Shown here: in pieces, positions 58,442 through 64,000 of the stretch
How positions within the stretch are numbered: the first letter of the stretch is position 1
Layout: every line of letters starts with the position of its first letter
IMG/VR virus record: IMGVR_UViG_3300032309_002930
Coordinates: 1-64,000 of that record
Length of the DNA stretch: 64,000 nucleotides
Source of the DNA: a virus
Reading direction: 5' to 3' (one strand)
The notes under the pieces: generated by a model
Database searches by the model: none
Told to the model about the DNA's origin: nothing
What the model saw: only the letters and a program-made list of their open reading frames with translations
Made by a program: the position numbers and the translations under genes

Positions 58442-59248
58442 ATGAGTCCAAAAATTAAACAACAAGATCAAACAGCTTCAATTGGAAGCTCTGCGCTTTT
58501 CGATACCAATATTGCACAGGAATTAAATGAATCATTACTAGAAGTTGTTCCTCCAAAACTTATCACTAGAAATAAATATGGTCTAATTGAAGATAAAAAT
58601 ACTAATTATACATATAATGATGATGGAACTATTAATTGGCGCAAAATGGTTAAACAAGAATATCTTGTACCAAATAGACAAAAAACTCAAGAGACAGATG
58701 TATCTAAATTAGAAGATAAGGATCTACTTATTCTTTTGGGTGGTATTAAAGAACTTGCTCAAATTAGAGGTTATACTAGCGTTGAATATAAAGTAGTTGC
58801 TGCCAGTGAAAATTATTTCGCTACATCTTGTAAAATTACATGGATTCCTAATTATGAAACCAACGAAAGAGTTATTGAATTTGAAGCACTTGCAGATGCT
58901 ACTTTAAATAATACAAAGAGTTTTGCTAGATATTTTTTAGCTGCAATCGCAGAAAATAGAGCATTCGTAAGATGTGTTCGTAATTTCTTGAAGATTAATA
59001 TCGTCTCCCAAGAAGAATTGGGAGATGCTAAACTTCTTGAAGAAGCAGTAGCCTCAAATGAGAATCCAACTTCTCCACAAGTTCTACTAGAGAAAGTAAT
59101 GAAAGACAAAGGCGTTTCTTTTGATTATCTTAAAGAAAAATTAATTAAAGAAAAATTTGAAGGCGCAGAGAATCTTAGCACCGTTCAAGATATACCTAAA
59201 TCAAAGATATTTGAATTAATTGATAGAATTAAAAAAATTAAAAAATAA
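58442..59248 (+). CDS. Rad52/Sak-like ssDNA annealing protein
   Basis: GIKELA, ADA, AIAENRAFVRCVR. Confidence 0.55.
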   Translation: MSPKIKQQDQTASIGSSALFDTNIAQELNESLLEVVPPKLITRNKYGLIEDKNTNYTYNDDGTINWRKMVKQEYLVPNRQKTQETDVSKLEDKDLLILLGGIKELAQIRGYTSVEYKVVAASENYFATSCKITWIPNYETNERVIEFEALADATLNNTKSFARYFLAAIAENRAFVRCVRNFLKINIVSQEELGDAKLLEEAVASNENPTSPQVLLEKVMKDKGVSFDYLKEKLIKEKFEGAENLSTVQDIPKSKIFELIDRIKKIKK

Positions 59249-59254
59249 AATTAT

Positions 59255-62200
59255 TTACGCAAACCAAATTCCACTAGCTCCAGAGAAACCAAAAACAAAA
59301 TTTCTATTAGCTAAATTATTTAGTCCAAGAGAAATACTTGATAGCAATAAATTTCCATTACTATTATCAAGTATTCTATTTGTTCCAGTTGCATAAATAA
59401 CTAATGATTGATTAGATCTATTTCTTATTTCTATTTCTGCACCATGTATTCCAGTTGGAAGAACTAGTGCACCACCAGCTACAGCTCCAGTTACTATAAC
59501 TTTATCAGAATTTATTACTGTGGCAGAGAGTTGTGTTGTATTAGGCGCATTATAAGATTTTATACCTCTTAAAAATTTTCCAGTTATTAGAATCGTATTG
59601 TCATAATCTTTTCCAAGAGTTGCATTTCCATTTAAATTTAAATTTCCAGAAAGCACATTTATATTATAACCATTAGCTAAAGTTAAATTACCACTATTAA
59701 CTGCATTTAAAACAAAAGCATCTGCGGATGTTGTTAAATCTATACCATTACTTGTACCAAAAAGCGGCTCTGGATTTATTTGATCTAAAAACATTAAATT
59801 ATTTGCAGCATTTCTATTTTTTGGTGGGGTAGCAGTAGCAGTAAATATAAAATTTTGAGTTATTCCGCTTGGAAGACTTCCATAATTAATACTAGCAACA
59901 GAAGTAGATGTTCCATAAACAGTTGCACTTCCATTTGCAAAATCCTTACTATAAGAATTAATTAAATTTTGATCAAAATTTGTTCCAGCGCGAATTGCGA
60001 AATATCCACTTTTTACTATTCCTCCACCAACAGTATTTTTAAAACCTTCTTCAGTTAGAAAAACATTACCATTTTGAAATGCTTCTCTTAATTGTATACC
60101 GCTTGCGGCCAAGTTACTTATAAAATTAGCATATGGACTTGAATATTGAAGTTGCATAATTCTATTCAAATTACTTTCAGTTAAAAATCCAGTTCTAGAA
60201 ATAGAATTTGTAAAAAATAAATAAAGACTTCCCATGTTAGCTGGAACACTATTTAATATAATTTTAGCATTTCCATTTAAATCTATAAATCCATCACTAA
60301 TTTTAGTTTCATCAAAAGATAATTTTTCATTTTGAAAATTTCCTAAAAGATAACCATCTGTTCTGTCATATTCTGGTGAAGCTAATGTTGTTTGAGAGGT
60401 ATATTTTCCATTTCCATTTCTAATTTTTGCATCAACTGCAAAGAAAAATTTATCTATAACTTTATTTCCTAGTATTGATCTAAGATTATCTGAACTATAA
60501 CCAGTGCTTACTACAAAATCTCCTGCAGTTGCCTCTGGTTCATAATACTGTGTATCAATAAAAGCTTTATCATTCCAATTTCCAGTACCTAATCTAACTC
60601 TAAAAATAAGATCTTTAGCTTTAAGAATTTTTATTACAGGAGCTAGATTTGTTATCGACCATTCATAATCTATTTCATTATCATGAATTAAATTGTAATT
60701 ATTTAAATCTGCAAATGTTTTACTATCACTAGATGTTTGATATGATAAATTATTTAATTGCAATAAATTTGTATATTCACTTGCATAAATTGAGTTATAG
60801 TAAAAACTTCCAGTGACTACCCCAGCAGAATAATAATCTTTTTCATTAACTCCATAAACTCTAAAATAATAGGTCGTGTCATTTATTGTTGGAATAGTTC
60901 TGCCACTAATAAATGGATTAGTTACAGTTAAATTATCCACAAGATAAATTCCAGATGGAACTGATACGGTTGCACCATTTGAATTAATATATTGCAATTC
61001 ATAATCTTGGTTATTAAAATTAGTTCCACTTTTCATGTATACTCTCCAACTAGATGTTTGATAATTAACTGTATCTACTGCTCCACTTACTCTATATTGT
61101 ATATATATATTTTCATTTAAAGCTAAACTTAAACCACTTGGATAACTTGCATCTTTATATACTATTGGAGTTAAAACTGGAGAATCACTAAATGTAAATC
61201 CAGACTCTACAAATGCATATTTACTTGGATTATATTCCATTGCACTTACGCTAAATCTATTTGGGTCTATTTCGTTTATTGCTATTACCCTGTATAATTC
61301 AGTTTCTGTATTTAATCCATAACCAACGCCAGTTGTTTGACATGCCCAAATTGCTCCAGTTAATAAATTATAATTAGTGGTATCAAATACTTTATTGCAA
61401 TTTATTTTAGTCAATACTTTATCTTCATTATAACCCACTGCAGCTTGTAAAGAGTTTAAATTAAAATATCCAGATTGAATATCACTTTTATCATATCCAG
61501 TCAAAAAATCACTATAAGCATTACCTGTTACTCTATATCTTGGAGTATAGATTTCTAATTTATAAGTTTGATTTGGAAAATTATCATTAAAATATCCAGT
61601 TATATTTGAAAACTCTTCGTCTAAAATAAAATTATGTACGCCGCCTACACCAGTGCTTATATTTAAAATTCTACCACCCAAACGATTTAAAATCCTATTA
61701 GAGTCTTGTATTTTTATTACATCACCTGGTTTTAAATATAAAGAATCATAGCCCGCTACAAAATCTACAATTTCCGTTTCTAATTGTTCACTAGCTAGTG
61801 CCCATTTTCCGAGTCTATAAGCTTGACCACGACTTGTGCATCCAAATGCACCTAATTCAATTTTTCTAATTCCATATTTTCTAATACCCTCTGGATCCTC
61901 TACATGTTCTACTACTGGTTTATAAAAATTATTATTATCATTAAATCTAACTACCGCAATAGTATTTCTAGTTTTCTTACTACTACTTCCATAGCTAAAA
62001 TCACCATTTTCAACATTAGAATTAGTAAAAAGAATCATTGGATTTTTTGGCATATCAGCAATTGCAAAAATTGATCCATTTGCATAATATGACATTCCCC
62101 TGAATATACTAGTAAAATCATTTAGCATACTATAAGCATCAGAAAAATCATTTATTATAGCGTTACAAGTAAATCTTGGTTCTTTATCACCATACCCATC

Positions 62201-63472
62201 ATCAACAATTGTATCACAATATTGAGCAATTTGATATAAACTCCATTTATCAACTTGTTGATTTTTTATATACTTTCCTAAACCATACCTTTTATTTGTT
62301 AAAAGATCGTAATAACACCAAGCTGGATTATCTGTCCAATACAATCCTACTCCAGATGGATGATAAACATCAGAAAATCGACCATCCCAATCTCCAGCGT
62401 ATGTTTTGCTAATTGGATTATAATTACTTGGAATTTTTACTTTTAATAGTTTAACATCATATGATCTATCTGGAGCATTTGAAAAATATTCAGAAGTAAA
62501 CAAACTTTTAAAAATTGCACATTTTGGATATATATACTCTTCTTGAAAAACTTCTGTTAAAGCATGTACAGTAATGGAATCCCTAGCGTTTAAAGTTGTA
62601 CTCTCTTGGCTTCCTCTCTCTATTTCTATTCTCCATCCTAAATGAGATGTATCATTCGAGTCAAAATAATTTGTCAATGCAAATTCATGTTTTTCTATCA
62701 TTCCACTTGAAATTTTACCAGTTGTTGTAATATTTTTAGTTAAATTTGGCACAGAAATAATTCCATTTTTTGTTATTTTAGATACATATATAGTATATCC
62801 AATAGATCTGTCTCTTGTATCTCCAGCTGTTGTAGACATTTTTACTCTAACGCCACAACCTAAATTATAAGTTACCCTGTCTACATTCGGATCATTTTGT
62901 TGAAAAAACAAATTTTCAATTTTCATTGAAACAATTAAACTATTTATATTTGTGGTTCTAAAATCATAAACTTTTTTAAAAGTACTACCATATCTTAAAA
63001 TATCTCCAACTGATCTTGTTCTAGATGATTGCGGTAGAGAATTACCACCTATTTGACTAGTTAATCCGACTGCTGTTTTTTGAGTTCCATAATCTGCTTT
63101 AAAATTGATAGATGTAAAATTATATTGTCCAGCAGAATTCAATAATGGAACATTTTTCCAATAAACAGATCTCAAGTATGGATAAACTCCTGGATAAGGA
63201 ATAAAATTAGTATTAGTCCATCCAATATTTCCTACGGTTCCTATATAATTATATTTTCCAGATACTAAGCCTTCTATTGGTCCTTCTGAAATTAAATCAG
63301 TTATTTCTGTTTCTGTTCTTGATAATTTTTTAACTCCATTTATTATTAATCCTTCGGCAGCTTCTACTGGAGTATGAGGATCTGGAGGCGCTCCAGGAGT
63401 ACAGCTGTCACCTCCTCCTCCTCCTGCTCCTCGAATTATTTTAGGATATATTTTTTTTATTTCTGTAGGCAT
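59255..63472 (-). CDS. tail tip / central fibre protein (lambda gpJ-like)
   Basis: DLISEGPIEGL, KVKIPSNY, WTDNPAW, RYGLG, EPRFTCN, GCTSRGQAYR.G.W, PGDVI. Confidence 0.92.
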   Translation of the reverse strand: MPTEIKKIYPKIIRGAGGGGGDSCTPGAPPDPHTPVEAAEGLIINGVKKLSRTETEITDLISEGPIEGLVSGKYNYIGTVGNIGWTNTNFIPYPGVYPYLRSVYWKNVPLLNSAGQYNFTSINFKADYGTQKTAVGLTSQIGGNSLPQSSRTRSVGDILRYGSTFKKVYDFRTTNINSLIVSMKIENLFFQQNDPNVDRVTYNLGCGVRVKMSTTAGDTRDRSIGYTIYVSKITKNGIISVPNLTKNITTTGKISSGMIEKHEFALTNYFDSNDTSHLGWRIEIERGSQESTTLNARDSITVHALTEVFQEEYIYPKCAIFKSLFTSEYFSNAPDRSYDVKLLKVKIPSNYNPISKTYAGDWDGRFSDVYHPSGVGLYWTDNPAWCYYDLLTNKRYGLGKYIKNQQVDKWSLYQIAQYCDTIVDDGYGDKEPRFTCNAIINDFSDAYSMLNDFTSIFRGMSYYANGSIFAIADMPKNPMILFTNSNVENGDFSYGSSSKKTRNTIAVVRFNDNNNFYKPVVEHVEDPEGIRKYGIRKIELGAFGCTSRGQAYRLGKWALASEQLETEIVDFVAGYDSLYLKPGDVIKIQDSNRILNRLGGRILNISTGVGGVHNFILDEEFSNITGYFNDNFPNQTYKLEIYTPRYRVTGNAYSDFLTGYDKSDIQSGYFNLNSLQAAVGYNEDKVLTKINCNKVFDTTNYNLLTGAIWACQTTGVGYGLNTETELYRVIAINEIDPNRFSVSAMEYNPSKYAFVESGFTFSDSPVLTPIVYKDASYPSGLSLALNENIYIQYRVSGAVDTVNYQTSSWRVYMKSGTNFNNQDYELQYINSNGATVSVPSGIYLVDNLTVTNPFISGRTIPTINDTTYYFRVYGVNEKDYYSAGVVTGSFYYNSIYASEYTNLLQLNNLSYQTSSDSKTFADLNNYNLIHDNEIDYEWSITNLAPVIKILKAKDLIFRVRLGTGNWNDKAFIDTQYYEPEATAGDFVVSTGYSSDNLRSILGNKVIDKFFFAVDAKIRNGNGKYTSQTTLASPEYDRTDGYLLGNFQNEKLSFDETKISDGFIDLNGNAKIILNSVPANMGSLYLFFTNSISRTGFLTESNLNRIMQLQYSSPYANFISNLAASGIQLREAFQNGNVFLTEEGFKNTVGGGIVKSGYFAIRAGTNFDQNLINSYSKDFANGSATVYGTSTSVASINYGSLPSGITQNFIFTATATPPKNRNAANNLMFLDQINPEPLFGTSNGIDLTTSADAFVLNAVNSGNLTLANGYNINVLSGNLNLNGNATLGKDYDNTILITGKFLRGIKSYNAPNTTQLSATVINSDKVIVTGAVAGGALVLPTGIHGAEIEIRNRSNQSLVIYATGTNRILDNSNGNLLLSSISLGLNNLANRNFVFGFSGASGIWFA

Positions 63473-63999
63473 TACGAAGTCCTTGTTGAAGAATTGTCAA
63501 CATAATTAGTATTAAATGTAGCGCTTATACTTTTTGATCCGACTAGTACTGTTCCATAACCAATTGGAATTGGACCACCTTCACCATTAACATTAGTTGG
63601 TCCATCAAAAAGATATGATTTATTTCCTCCAGCCTTACTTTGAGTATTGGGCGAAGCAAATTCTGGAGCAACAAAAGGTGGAGGAGATGATAAAAGTGAT
63701 AAAAAACCTGCTGCAGCCAATCCAATACCAGCTACAACTAAACTTGCAGCAAGTGTAAATCCAATAATACCAGTAAGAGCTAATCCAACTCCAGTGGCGG
63801 CTAAAGCTACGCCTGCAATAAGAGCGCCAATTGCTAAAAAATTTCCACCACAACCTTCTAATATTGGAACAATATCGATACTTTGTAAATCATTATCTTT
63901 ATAAATAGTAGATAAATTTGAATATACAACTTTTTCAAAATCATTTTTTATATCTTCTTGATTTTTAAAAATTTTAAAATCTTTTTTATTAATTAATAC
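63472..63999 (-). CDS. tail assembly protein (lambda gpI-like), 5'-truncated by the window
   Basis: Frame open to the edge: ...IDIVPILEGCGGNF, hydrophobic stretch, SYLFDG..N..G.PIPIGYG..LVGS. Confidence 0.85.
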   Translation of the reverse strand, partial: VLINKKDFKIFKNQEDIKNDFEKVVYSNLSTIYKDNDLQSIDIVPILEGCGGNFLAIGALIAGVALAATGVGLALTGIIGFTLAASLVVAGIGLAAAGFLSLLSSPPPFVAPEFASPNTQSKAGGNKSYLFDGPTNVNGEGGPIPIGYGTVLVGSKSISATFNTNYVDNSSTRTS

Positions 64000-64000
64000 T

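Noticed and set aside
262-63904. Antisense or nested ORFs in the track (e.g. 9702-10028, 14446-15039, 31561-31944, 38636-39004, 63647-63904)
   Set aside because: Shadows of well-supported genes, with no motifs or promoters of their own

Overview
Segment of a large, very AT-rich tailed dsDNA phage genome (standard genetic code; host not determinable from this window). Left arm (1-19.9 kb, mostly minus strand): rIIA-like start, ATP-dependent DNA ligase, UvsE, tRNA-Asn(GUU), an unusual tRNA-Ser(ACU), putative virion/cargo proteins, a tmRNA with a 24-aa tag, an HNH-like endonuclease, a short PurA, a class III aminotransferase, two JAB+NlpC/P60 paralogs, an IMPDH/GMP-reductase-family enzyme and dCMP deaminase. 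Middle: dNMP kinase, sigma factor, class Ia RNR (nrdA/nrdB) preceded by a ~280-nt GC-rich, highly structured noncoding RNA with its own promoter, then a ~15-kb nucleotide-sugar/glycosyltransferase cluster. Right: replication module (RecA, DnaB, ThyX, primase, PD-(D/E)XK nuclease, DnaE split into PHP and catalytic genes around a DEDDh exonuclease), glycosyltransferases and lambda gpJ/gpI-like tail-tip genes. Most notable: (1) the unassigned structured RNA upstream of nrdA; (2) apparently genome-wide leaderless transcription from two promoter classes (TTGAC-N17-TATAAT-N6-8-ATG and GTGTAA-N8-start); (3) modular cargo-like proteins sharing an EIDFS motif and x-[EKQ]-A junctions; (4) gene pairs with shared N-terminal leaders on unrelated bodies; (5) an enzyme set that could convert G/C nucleotides to A/T. 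All assignments come from motif recognition by eye; no searches were run.
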